Assembly (NCBI GenBank): GCA_000182565.2
Contig: KQ257461.1
Direction: 5' to 3' (one strand)
Origin: Spizellomyces punctatus DAOM BR117
Lineage: Eukaryota
DNA length: 64,000 nucleotides
Shown here: in pieces, positions 37,801 through 51,000 of the stretch
How positions within the stretch are numbered: the first letter of the stretch is position 1
Layout: each line of letters starts with the position of its first letter
Translations under genes and position numbers: made by a program
The notes under the pieces: model-generated
What the model was told of the DNA's origin: nothing
Database searches by the model: none
What the model saw: the letters and a program-made list of their open reading frames with translations, nothing else

Positions 37801-39576
37801 TCTTGTGAGGGCTGTGGCGAGCCGAAAGGGAATGAGTAGCTCTTGCTTCTTTGTGGCGGTTGGGAGAGGTGTGGATGTCGAAGGGATTGTCGAGGAAGCT
37901 ATCGCGAAGGGCCGATGGGTAGTGCTATTGAATGCAAACCTCTTGGACGGACGGACCTTGCAAGTCCTTGGAAACCGGTTCCAAAATATGACCGACAAGA
38001 CTGTCCATGCTAATTTCCGATTATGGATCTGTGTCGATTCCACTACGGCCCTTTCTCACTGGTATTACCTCCACTCGTTGACCTTGATCTCCAATCCCAC
38101 ACATCTTCCCCGACGGCTCCTCGAATCCCTCTCAGCCATCGCAGACCATCTCAACCCGTTTGAATTTAAGGCAACCCCGGCATATCGAACAGCGCTCTTT
38201 CATCTTGCCCTCTTTCACACTGTGATGCCGATGCGGTACCGATTTGGAGGATTTAACCAAGAGTATATGTTCCTTTTACCAGATTTGAGTGTCGCTGTTC
38301 AAGTCCTTCGTACTGTCTTTGCGTCCAAGAGTGGTGGAAAGAGGGTTTTACATGCGGTGGGTGAGATGGTTTATGCGGCACGAGCGGAGGATAATGTTGA
38401 TCGAAGGGCATTGATGGCATTGCTTGGGGACGTTATTGCTAGCGGATGGGAAGAGGCTTGGGTCAATGTCGTGGATGAGGCAATCCAAAAGGGGGACGTG
38501 GGTCCGGGCTTATTAAGAACCGTTCAAAGTGAGGACATCGTGCCGGAAATGGTGGGATTGAAATCGAATGCCATGGTGCATTTAAATGACGGAATATCAA
38601 GCAATCTGCTCGAGACACTTTGTTGTGCCTATCCAGAGGTTTTGGATGTGCCAATGACACGATTCTCGAGCCTTGTGGCAATGGTACTCGACAGCCTCAC
38701 GCAGTTTGTATCCCGATTGAATGCTGCGACAGTTGGAACACTACTAGATCCTTCGACGCCTATGCCAAACCTGCCTCCCAAATCCACTGAAAAATACCTA
38801 GACAAACTCTTGGTAGATAACATGGTCCAATACCGTGGAATGATCCTCTCCCTCTGTGCCGATGTTACCTCCCTCGTGGCCCAACTCTCTGGACACACGC
38901 CCATTACTCACCGTACGATCAACTTTGTCATGCTTTTGAACGACAACCATCTCCCAGACGAATGGAAAACAGGGCCATATTATGAGTTTTTTGGAGGGCT
39001 TGAAAGGTGGATGGAGGATCTCTTTGAACGAATCAAGTACATTAAGGGGTGGTGGTTTATCCGCTACGAGAGTCATGACCATCCTTTGCGTAATTTAGTG
39101 CTACATGATATGAGCAAGGTGTTTTCTCCACGGGCGTTTATAAATGCCATCATGCTTGACCACACCCTATATCACGAGACACCGACCGAGCTCGAAGCTA
39201 CCATCCTATCCTCTAAGCAAACTTCACCTCCCGATACCGGCTGCTTTGTCTCGGGGTTGGTGTTGGTAGGTGGGGGGTGGGACAAGAGTAAAGGGGGATT
39301 GAAAGAAGGCCGGGATGGGGATGTGGGGATGAACGTTGGTTGTGTGAGTACATGGCGTTATTGGTCTTTTATTCGTTTATGTATTCACTGGTTGTTTTTA
39401 TCTAGCTTTGGATTACCCCCATCCAAAAATCATCCGCCAAGCGTGCTCACCGATATAAGTGTCCCATCTACCTATCACGTCCCATGGGTTTCATCGCGAT
39501 GGTAGAAATGCCTAGTCAAGTATCTTCCAAAACATGGATAAAATGCAACGTGCATTTCCAGTGTACGGCGATATGA
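25891..39576 (+). CDS. Divergent axonemal-type dynein heavy chain (DNAH1-like N-terminus) with degenerate AAA1 and AAA4; spans an assembly gap
   Basis: Six visible introns (26950-27010, 28859-28920, 29092-29147, ~35301-35366, 35540-35602, 39344-39405). Motifs LRNPALRDKHW, REKFPRFWFL, YGYEYNG..RLVITP, GDAMSGKS, GAPGTGKS, QYRFNLRD, MTBD NPPRPV..GWVIAVQKY, C-terminal YKCPIY. Confidence 0.9.
31706..31805. other. Assembly gap (100 N) inside dynein AAA1
   Basis: Run of exactly 100 N, typical of an unknown-size placeholder. Confidence 0.99.
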
Positions 39577-39764
39577 ACGTAGAAAAGTGAACATACAATC
39601 AAAGTGTGTTGGGACACTTTTCCTGGGAGCTGAAAATACCTCTATTTGTCAAGATGCGACTATCCATACTATGCTTTGCTGCTGTTTTCTCTACCTCTAC
39701 CTAAACCAAGCTGTGCTACCAACAATCACTGACTACACTACGCTACAGCGACCTAAACGATACC

Positions 39765-40603
39765 TCAATAATACAACGCTAAATGTGCCATACGTCGACA
39801 CGCCCGTTTATCCGTAAACAAATCACCAGCACCGAGGAGTTTACGAAGTTCCGCGAGTTGCGTCTTGTTCTTCTCGTCTCTCTACAAAGCCAACCATTAA
39901 CCAAAGCCAGTCAAAATCACGAGAACGACAATGAGCTTTTCATATACTTTAAGGATTTTATCTGACTTGTAAATCCGGAACCTATCATCATTGAACACAT
40001 GTCGGCCGATTGCATAATTGATATCATATGTACCTAATAAAACAATCAACATCTGAATCATTACATACAAAATGACAGGGACATACCAGGGCCAGGAACC
40101 ATTGTGAAAGTCTTCAAAAAAAATATAAATAATGACATATGCAAACCAACAAAAAAATTGAAGCCTACTTGAGTCAGTTGTGATTCGAGGCTACTTTTGG
40201 GCGATTTGGATGCTAGGATGCCTAATCTGCTGACAGCTGGTTTATCTAGTGTGTTCAAAAACGGAGGATCGTAGGTGCCTACACCAGGGGACTAGGGTAT
40301 AAACGCTGTCAGACAAGTGCTCTTAATGAGTGTAAAAGATGATTGGTATGGTACCTCAGCGGAGGGTGTCCGAAACCGTTGACCTGTACGAACACATAAT
40401 CCGAGTTTGGAAATGGGTTTATGGGCGCTTGTAAAGGTGGTTGTCTAATCGTACTTTACACACATGCCATATTGTGCGATTTTAGCATTTTGTGAGTGAC
40501 TTACTTGGTCAACGTCATACCCGCCTGGTCCAATATCGCCTGTGACGGGTGGAAGAGTCTTGAAACGTGCCGAGCGGGGACCGTGGAAGGACGTTGTGTG
40601 CAT
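39765..40603 (-). CDS. Pitchfork (PIFO/CIMAP3)-like SHIPPO/PGP-repeat ciliary protein, 6 exons
   Basis: Repeats IGPGGYD, SPGVGTYD, VPGPG|GTYD; spliced C-terminus LFTDKRACRRMAHLALYY* resembles the remembered PIFO ending (..TDK..R.R.AYLSLYY). Confidence 0.7.
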
Positions 40604-40744
40604 TGTAGTTGTGAACAAGAGATGAAAGTGCGTTGCAGGTTTAGTGGCGGCTTTCGCTGGTGTAGATTGCATTTTTGAGGGCGTTTAGGGGTCTTGCTGT
40701 ATTTTATGGTTACGTTGCGTTTTTCATTTGCATTGAGAGTATCA

Positions 40745-41103
40745 ATGCGTGGCTTTCGCTATGCGCTTGGGATGTACGTACAACACGCTCCGTATGGCAC
40801 ATCTTTTAGGAGAATTTACGATGGAGAGCGACTTCTAGTAAGCTTGCCTTCCTTGGATGTGGTAGCCGTTCCTCAGAGTCTCTCCGCAATCGAACTCTAA
40901 TTCTTCGTTACCCGTTAAAGCAATAATAGGCCTCTATCCTACCATGGAAAGTTGATAGGGCAGAAATTCGAATGACCATCATTGACACAAGTCCAGACGA
41001 TTTGGAAAGTTATTGTCCTCAGCACGGCGAAGTCTCAGAAGATTACCCATGCACAGGACGGTGCTTAGCTTCGCGTCCCGGGATATGTCGGGTCCCTACC
41101 TAA
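40745..41103 (+). CDS. Candidate 2-exon orphan small ORF (88 aa)
   Basis: ATG 40745, donor GTAAGC 40838, CTAAT branch ~40897, acceptor TAG 40929; the second exon stays open for 57 codons to TAA 41101-41103. No recognised homology. Confidence 0.3.
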
Positions 41104-41352
41104 CGATAACGTAAAATACTGCTGTTGTTCATATTCAAAAAATCCATATGGTATCTCGCTTTGTCCAATATCCCATCACGACTACTATTATGCTGTACAG
41201 ATGCATAAATCTCACCATACCCACACACATAATCTCCACGCCCCAAACGTACAATACCAAAACCACGACGTAAAGGATATTTCGTACACATGTACATTCC
41301 ATATATCCCCTATAACACAACCATTAGAAGCCATGCAAAATGATGGCGACTC

Positions 41353-42557
41353 CTACTCCTTGGACCGTCGGCGTCGCTTCTTGGGTGCATCAGACAGACT
41401 CGTCCTCGGGGTCATTCTCTGAAAGGACGGGTTCAAGACCACGTTGGGACGGGATGTACTTGTTGGCGACGTGCCCATCATAACGGGTGGAAGATTGAAC
41501 TGGAGAACAAAGGATTGGCCGCTTGTGTCGCTGCGCTGGAGTTTGAGCATGTGCGAGCGGTAGTGCTGATCAACAGGTGGGCAGCGTAGAATGTGAGACG
41601 TGGTTGTACTTTGGGACCAGCAAAACGGAAAAACCTACCTGCATCATGTTGTCCTGACGGGAAAACCGAGAAGAGCAGCCTTCGAGAAGACAGGCAAAAG
41701 GTTTGACGCCCGTGTGAATCCTGTAGAGACGTGGATGGTTAAGAAGGAGTGTCCGTGACAAGTGAAAACTCGGAGAAAACGCGCCTGAAATGTCGTGCCA
41801 GGTGGCCACTACCATCAAAATCGTTTAGTTGGGAATATGCGACAATCCAAATGGGGGTATTTGAAGACTCTCACCTCGTCGTAAACGCCTTGTCGCACTC
41901 CTTGCAAATGTATCGCCTCTCCTTTTCTTCATTCTCAATCGAATCATCCGAGATGGTATCCTTGTTCAGTGCCTCTCCACGACTGGTGCGAGGCATACCG
42001 TGCCGTATACCGTGAGGCATACTTTGAGGCATACCTTGAGACATGCCATGAGCCATGGCATGAACCGATGTCGACGACTTGACAGGTGACTGCACGATGG
42101 GACCCGCGGGTGCCGTCCGTTTCCCAGTTGATTTTGTGGGTATATCAAACAGGGGACAAGTGTAAGAGGACGGAGACGAGCAAGACGAGACCGAGCCTAA
42201 CGAGGAGTTAAGACTGATGTGTCAAAAACCTTCCACGCCGTACACAAAACGAAAAACGCGACCAACGCGCAAAACGACCATACCCAAGAGCGAGGTCGGC
42301 GTATCCATCAGTGGAGTCTCTCTTAAGGAAACAGGTGAAGCGGAGTGAAAGAGAGCGGGCGAGGCTGGAGGTGATGAGTCTTGAGGGGGCGTGGGAGAAG
42401 AGCAAGACGAAGTATGGGTAGTGGTGGGAGAAGGAGAAGGATTGTAGCAGCAACTCGTAGTCGTAGTAGAGTGCAATCGGTCTGAAGGCGTGGAAGAGGT
42501 ATCGCAAAGGAGATTGACCAGATGGCCTCTGGATGAGCGACCTGCAAAAAAGGCCAT
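41353..42557 (-). CDS. Nrg1-like two-finger C2H2 transcription factor, 5 exons
   Basis: RRYICKECDKAFTT|SGHLARHFR|IHTGVKPFACLLEGCSSRFSRQDNMMQ|HYRSH; S/P/T-rich N-terminus joined in frame by the intron at ~42198-42283. Confidence 0.85.
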
Positions 42558-43840
42558 GTCTAAAAAAGTGGGTTGCAAAAAGCAGTGAGAACCACAAGGG
42601 AGAAGGTGAATGCCACACATTATTCTTATATCCTACCTCCAACCTGTCAATTGCAGTTGTGTCTGCGGAGACGTGCGAAAAATGGATAATGAAAGGGAAG
42701 GGAATCAAGTAACGCGCGCTACGGAACCTGGTGCACCTGTGGTCGAATCCTTTGCAATGAAAAAGGGTAAAGTAAACTCGTTCACACACTTTAGACAGAT
42801 AGACAGACAGATGGACGCGTGTGTGTCAATGCACCCAAAAGGCCGAAAATGCAACGCAGAGCAAGGATGAAATAGAAAGAAGGGCGCAAAGTGTGGAGTG
42901 AATCTCAGGGACCCTCACAGCTGTGTGTAATGTCTGTGCCCTCTCCGCCCGTCTGTAAGCGTGCGGACGTGCGTGCGTGGGCATGCGTTTATGTGATGTG
43001 ATGAGCAACTTGTCAAAGTGACCCCAAGGGAAATAGGAAGAAAAAAAGCGAGACCCTGTCAAAATGTAGAAATTTACTAATCTACTATACACATAGCATG
43101 TGAGCGAATGTCAGTCCCCATGGGTTATGGATAGAGATGAATTGGAAGAGATGATGATATAAAAGAGGGAGAAGAAAATGAATGGCCCCTTTACGCATCG
43201 CTGCCTCTTCACGTTCCCTCTCGTTATCATTGCTATAGTGCAAGAGTGGCGAGGATGAAATGCATTAGCGACTGGAACGAATAGGTGAGAGTCCTGTTTA
43301 TGCGACCCATGAGGACACCATTCGTCTCTATTGTCTGTTGCACCTGAACTTGAGTGAAGGAGCGAAGGAGTTTAAAGGCGATAGAATAGGCCTTCTGGTT
43401 ATGTCTTTGTCTAATGGTTGTAAAGGCTTTTGCAAGAGTGTTCTTTGTCGTGTTTCGCCGTGCTTTCTCCATTGAAGCATACGTCTTCTGATGGTTGTCT
43501 CGGGCTTCTTTCCTTCTCGATTCCCTGCTGAAAAGTATCGAAGTAAAATAAAGGAGTTCATTCTTCTTCCTCGTCTTTTTCTTCAATTGAATCTTTCTTG
43601 TATGGCAACCAACCCGCTTCCTTTTGACAGCTCGAACACTGCGGGGGGATTTGATCGCAGATTACGTGAGACACGCGCAGAGCGATGTGGCTTGTACTGT
43701 TGCCATGACATTCACCGCTCTCCTCGTCGCTCTGCACACGGCTTCTTCCTAATGAGCTTTTGCCTCTTGATAGATTCCGACACTCCAAAGCTTTATCCCC
43801 ATTCGGGCTTCCTCCTTTGGGCTCATACTAAAAAACCATA

Positions 43841-45503
<1,663 letters not shown>

Positions 45504-45824
45504 ATTAGAAGTAATGGTATATTTGGATCGAAGGGAGCACACTAGGTGCAGAGAATAGGCTACTTATAAATTTTTTGATTATTAAACAAAAAATAATGAT
45601 TACACTGAATGGTCAGTCCGTACACAGTCTACAATGTTCTCTACCACTGGGAAGGTTGATGCGTTTTCTGATTGTGTACGGCGTGTGTGTGTGTGCACTT
45701 TGTGTGGCATTTGCTTGTCTTAGGCTTGTCTCTCTTTATACGTGTTACACTTTTCACTTTCATTTTGAACCTCTTCCAATTTCACCATTACACCCTATCT
45801 TGACACCTCGCTGCCACTTGTGCT

Positions 45825-46538
45825 TTACTCATTCCCCACTTCCACCTCACAGCACTCTGGTTCAGCTGCCGCGGCAAACCCAAATTCCTCCTCCTCTTCC
45901 TCCTCATAGCCAACTTCGAACCTTTTTCGATTCTTACTCCTCGAGTTCCTCGGCCGACCTCGTCGCTTATGCTCCACATCCATACAATCCTCCTTGCCCA
46001 AATGCTTACACCTCCGACAGGGCCGTTGATCATCACATGCCAGATGCGCCTTTTTGCAGTGATTGCAGGCTCGGGTAACTTGTTTGGAGCGTTTGGTGGA
46101 TGGGGAGGGGGACTTCTTTTTTGTGTAAGGTTTTGGTAGCAGTTTTTTCAGGGAAAGGGTCGTACGGAGTTTTTGGCGGGTATAGGTTGAGGGAGCTGAT
46201 GGTGGTGGGGGTATGCGGTGTTTGTGCATATGTTTATGAATGTGGTCTGGATGAAGGTGCTCGGCGTGGACGTGCTCTGGGTGGATGTGCTCGTGAATGT
46301 GCTCATTCAAGTGGTTGTGTAAATGTTCGGCATGTAAATGTTCATGAAGATGCTCAGCATGCAAATGTTCAGAAACATGTTCTTGCATATGAGATTCAGA
46401 ATGCAAATCTGGGTGCATGTGGTGATGATGCTGTTCAGGATGCATCGTGGGCTGAGGAACTTGTGGATCTGGATGTTCGTGTATTCCGTGAGGGGTATCT
46501 GACGATATGGAGGCTAGCCCTCCAATCCTGAACGGCAT
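45825..46538 (-). CDS. Zn(II)2Cys6 transcription factor (Ert1/Gsm1/Rds2-type cluster) with His-rich repeat; may have an upstream exon near the gap
   Basis: VTRACNHCKKAHLACDDQRPCRRCKHLGKEDCMDVEHKRRGRPR; a polypyrimidine/AG acceptor-like sequence lies just upstream (~46560-46580). Confidence 0.82.
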   Translation of the reverse strand: MPFRIGGLASISSDTPHGIHEHPDPQVPQPTMHPEQHHHHMHPDLHSESHMQEHVSEHLHAEHLHEHLHAEHLHNHLNEHIHEHIHPEHVHAEHLHPDHIHKHMHKHRIPPPPSAPSTYTRQKLRTTLSLKKLLPKPYTKKKSPSPSTKRSKQVTRACNHCKKAHLACDDQRPCRRCKHLGKEDCMDVEHKRRGRPRNSRSKNRKRFEVGYEEEEEEEFGFAAAAEPECCEVEVGNE

Positions 46539-46624
46539 TGTAGGTGAATATGGAGGGGGCTTCAAAGAAAAAAAGAAAAAGGACGATATAAATACCAACG
46601 GTACACATGATCAGTGTACATGAA

Positions 46625-46724
46625 NNNNNNNNNNNNNNNNNNNNNNNNNNNNNNNNNNNNNNNNNNNNNNNNNNNNNNNNNNNNNNNNNNNNNNNNNNNN
46701 NNNNNNNNNNNNNNNNNNNNNNNN
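46625..46724. other. Assembly gap (100 N)
   Basis: Run of exactly 100 N. Confidence 0.99.
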
Positions 46725-48081
46725 TCATGTCATGTGTGATTCGACCATCTTGCAATATTGGACGTTTTGGACAGGTTTGTCACATCCAGATCCACCCAGT
46801 CTGGTGGTTTCGCTTATAGAGTTGGTATATTTCATATTTCATCCTCAAAGAAACAGAGTGTAAAGTAACTCGCTGGCATGTTACAACGAGCGTTTCTATT
46901 ACACTTTTTTACCAACCCCATAGCTCTCCTTAATACCCGACCCGGTCTGCTTGATCCATTCTTCTTTTGCCTATTTGGAAAGTGTGAAAAGCGGTCCAGG
47001 TGTCCCACCAATTGGCAAAGCTCTACCTTTTTATCATTTTGCTCAATCACCTTTTTACGCAGTTCTACAATAAACGTCAGTAGGTGACATTAGCAAAAGC
47101 CAGGGTACGACACGCACCCTCCATATCTTCAAGCTGCTTTTCCCCCCTCTCAACCGTCTTTTGGTTTCCCCATCGTTGGTTCTTTTCCGAAACGTCGTTG
47201 ATGAACGTTGGGTCTGCAATAGACCTTTTGTGTGAAAAGGAGATAGTTAAATGGTGATCTCATATGAATACCTGAATCCCAGTCGTCCTCAACCGAAGGT
47301 GTGGGCTGAATCGATTGTCCTGTAGTCGATTTCCACATTAGCGACAAAAAGCTAAAGGTGAAAAGTCCAAAGCCACGATGAGGGAATTCCGGTATCCCTC
47401 CTAAACAATACAAGTTCAGATCCTGAATGTTCCCATACCCAAAGATGCTATTTTTATGAATACGTATTAAAAAGAGATCCCCGATTGTTGCCTTGCTACA
47501 TTCTGAATTTGTTATTTAGCCTATCGGGAAATTACTCCAAATGTGCATATGTGCGTTGAGGGTCCTCTTGCGGCTTTGGCACAAACGAGTGGTATTGGCG
47601 AGCTGCCTAGTCAGAAAGGTTCCGCCGATTGGGATACTTGGCTTTTACATATTTTGGCGTCAATTGCTGTGTTGGGTTTTCGCACATTCGTTTGTTTTTT
47701 TTGTTTTTGGATGGGGAGCTTGGATTGATTGGCAAGACAAGTATTGTTATTTTCCAGCCTGATTGTCGAGCACTCGTGAAATCGAGCTTGGGGGAAGAAA
47801 AGGATACCAGCGTGCTTGATCGTGTGTGCGCTTTGGGTTTTTTCCCGCTTATCATCAATCGTGCTGAGAGAGGGTCCTGCCCTATTGTTGTGTATTGGGC
47901 AGCTGGTTCCTATTTGGTGGGTTCCAATTCTCCCCCTTGTTGCAAAAGATGAATTCTCAGCGTGCCGGGTAAGTTGTTACATATTGTCAATTAGATTCAT
48001 TGCATCTAACAATCAGGGTGCCGCGCAAGGTCCCAAGACCCCTTTGCCCATCCCGGCGGCCGCCGCAACGTCTTCGGGAGC

Positions 48082-51000
48082 ATGCCCGTCTCATCCTTTA
48101 TCCACGACCTGGACCCACCTGACTATACCGACGCTGAACCAGAAACCGAAACCATCTACGAAGAGTCCCCAGCATCGTCTGCCCTCCGTAGAGACCTCGG
48201 TGCCCCTCGTCGACCCATCCCGCAGAGTCCATCATTCGACCGTGTTGCAGAGAGGTTTGGGATGAAACGAGGTGACTCAGATGGGGGATTGGCTGAACCA
48301 GAACATGCGAGGAGTTCGAGTATGGATGCGCTGAGTGCTCGAGAACAGGCTTTGAAGCAGAAAAAGGGGGGAATGACGATTCGGCAGACGATTGTTAAAA
48401 AGGGAGGCAAGTATACCTTTACCACCCATCTCGCACATCTGTTCACTCTCTCATCCACCCTTTTGAACTCGGTAGACTCGTTAGCGTCCCTCTTCCGCCT
48501 AGCAAAAGGCCCACTCTCGGCGGGTACCGAAAATGGAACGACCCTCTCGACGCCTACACTCCACCAGCCTCCCTCAATTCCTTCCGACGACCGCCGCGCA
48601 ACCGAGGCAAATCTCTCTAGCTCCACGATGCGACGAGGCGGGTGGGGTGCCATTATGCGGAAAGCAACACGTGCGGTTACGCCAGAAACGACGCAGGTGT
48701 TTCCGGGGCTTAATATGAGGAATATGGCAACGTTGAAAAAGAAGGGTATGCTGTTGTTCCTGTGTCGTGGGATTTGTGGTAGTTCTTGCAAAGAGTAATA
48801 ATGAGATGATAGGTTCCACGACGTCTATATCTGGTCTAGCTAATATGGGACGAAACTCGATCTCCCGAAACCCGTCATCATCCGAATTCGGCGAAACAAG
48901 CACTTCAACAAGAAAAAGTGATCATTCAGATGATCTCGATGATGGTACGTATCCATTATACAAAATCACGAGTATAAAAGACAATATTCATAAGAATTCT
49001 GATATCAGACCTAGATTCAACCGGCGAAAGTAGCATGGACGACCTCTCCCTCTGGGTCTCAACCACATCCCTCACCTCCCTCTACACGCCCAAAACCCTC
49101 CAACTCTCTGTCGAACACCGTGCAAAAACCCTTGCTGTCCGCGTTCTCTATCACGGAACAGTCGCAGACGCCATCCAAAGCATTTTGATCGATTTTGCGC
49201 AAGCCGAAATGCACCAGCCTAAAGACTGTAAAGAAGAGGCCGTTGATAGGACTGGGTACAGGCTTTGCAAGCTGGATCGAAATGTACCTGGTGTGAGGGT
49301 TTGGATGGACCCACAGGCTATTTTGGGGAGTTATGATTTTATGCAGGGGGTACGTTACCCATCCCGCTTTCTTCCTTCAAATCATCCCCTTCTTATACCA
49401 TTATTTCTATTAGGACGAAGTGCGCCTTAAACACATTAACGACATTGAAACTAGCACCATCACCATTCCCCCCTCCACCACACCCCACCATTTCGCATAT
49501 TCTTTCACCGTCCTCGTCAAAGACGCTGTCGCGCAACTCCGGGAAGAGCATTTGACAAAAGAAGAAAAGTATGGATTATACTACCCGAGATTGGGGATTT
49601 GGTTGGATGATGGGCGAACATTGTTTTCCTATGATTTGCAGCAAGAGGTACGGTGATCTTTTGTTTATCAGGACTCTGGGAGTAGATTTTTGGTAAGTTA
49701 ACCTCAAAAAACCATCAGAAAAATCTGGAGCTGCGAGCGCTTGCGCATCAGTTCTTGTTGCGGATCTATTTACCAGAGTTTGACCAAAAGATTGCACTCA
49801 AAGTCCTGCCCAGTCTACGTGTCTCTGGTAAGGAAAGCCCACATATGTAGCTCTTGTTTATTCACTTTTATCCTAACTAATCGATATAATTAAAAACCAT
49901 CCAAGACGTGATTGCCATGATCCATTACCAGCTCAGTAACCGAAAATTGACCCTCGGACACCGCGGAGGGAAATACGGGCTCTTTATCCCTTCCCAAAAT
50001 ACATGGATGAAAGAATCTGTAACATTGGGTGAATACGCAACAATTCAAACCGTGAGTCTTCTTCTGAATTTATATATTAGACCATTTCGTATATGAACGC
50101 ATTGAATACAGGAAGATGTTCAATACAAACTCCAATACGAACTCGTATCCGTTCTCCTGGACCTCCCACACATCGAGTCCGCCCCCATCAGAATCCTCGT
50201 GGACCAAACTACAACTGTCGAGACGCTTTTGGAGACAGTTGGACTTGTTAACCCCGATGCGGAAGCCGATGTTTATTGCCTGTTTTCACCAGCTGGGGAT
50301 CGGTTGAGTGATCGGGATATTGTTTGGACCGCTGTCAAAGATTTTGCGCATGAGGTTTGTTTCTAGTGTTTATCTTTTGTCTTTTGGACCGGTGAGTAAA
50401 ATCAACAAACGAAACGCTTTAGGACTCGTTACGTTATCGCGCCATTCCAAAGCGCATCATCCTGTCGAATACTGCCGACGCAGACGTGAAACTGGACCTT
50501 GATATTGACTTTACGCTCCCCTTGTCTCGGTCGATACCGTTCTTGTGTCGAAGGTTTGGAAGGCAGGTAGATGAGGTGGATGGAATTGAAACGGATGCAG
50601 GTGTCGGTACGTCTCAAATCCAAGTCAATTTTGGAATAAGAGAAAAAAAAACCGTAGCACTGATGCTGGTATTCTTAGCCTTGGACGTGACTCAATCCCT
50701 TCAAGACCAGCACGTTAAACCCGGTACACAACTGTATCTCCAAGTCACAAATCGTCATATCCCAGTAAGCACATATCCATTACCATGGGTGATACACGGC
50801 CCTAACCTTATTAGATCCAGCAAACCCAGGGCTCACCATCCATGTGGGACGAACCCGACACTGACGAAAATATTCAAATGATGAAAGACCCGTCTGGAGT
50901 GATGATGGTTGGATCGGGAACGTTGAACAAGTTGGTGGAGAGATTGACGGATGAGCGGGGAGAAGGAACGTCACAGTGTAAGCGCTCATGTCATATTGAA

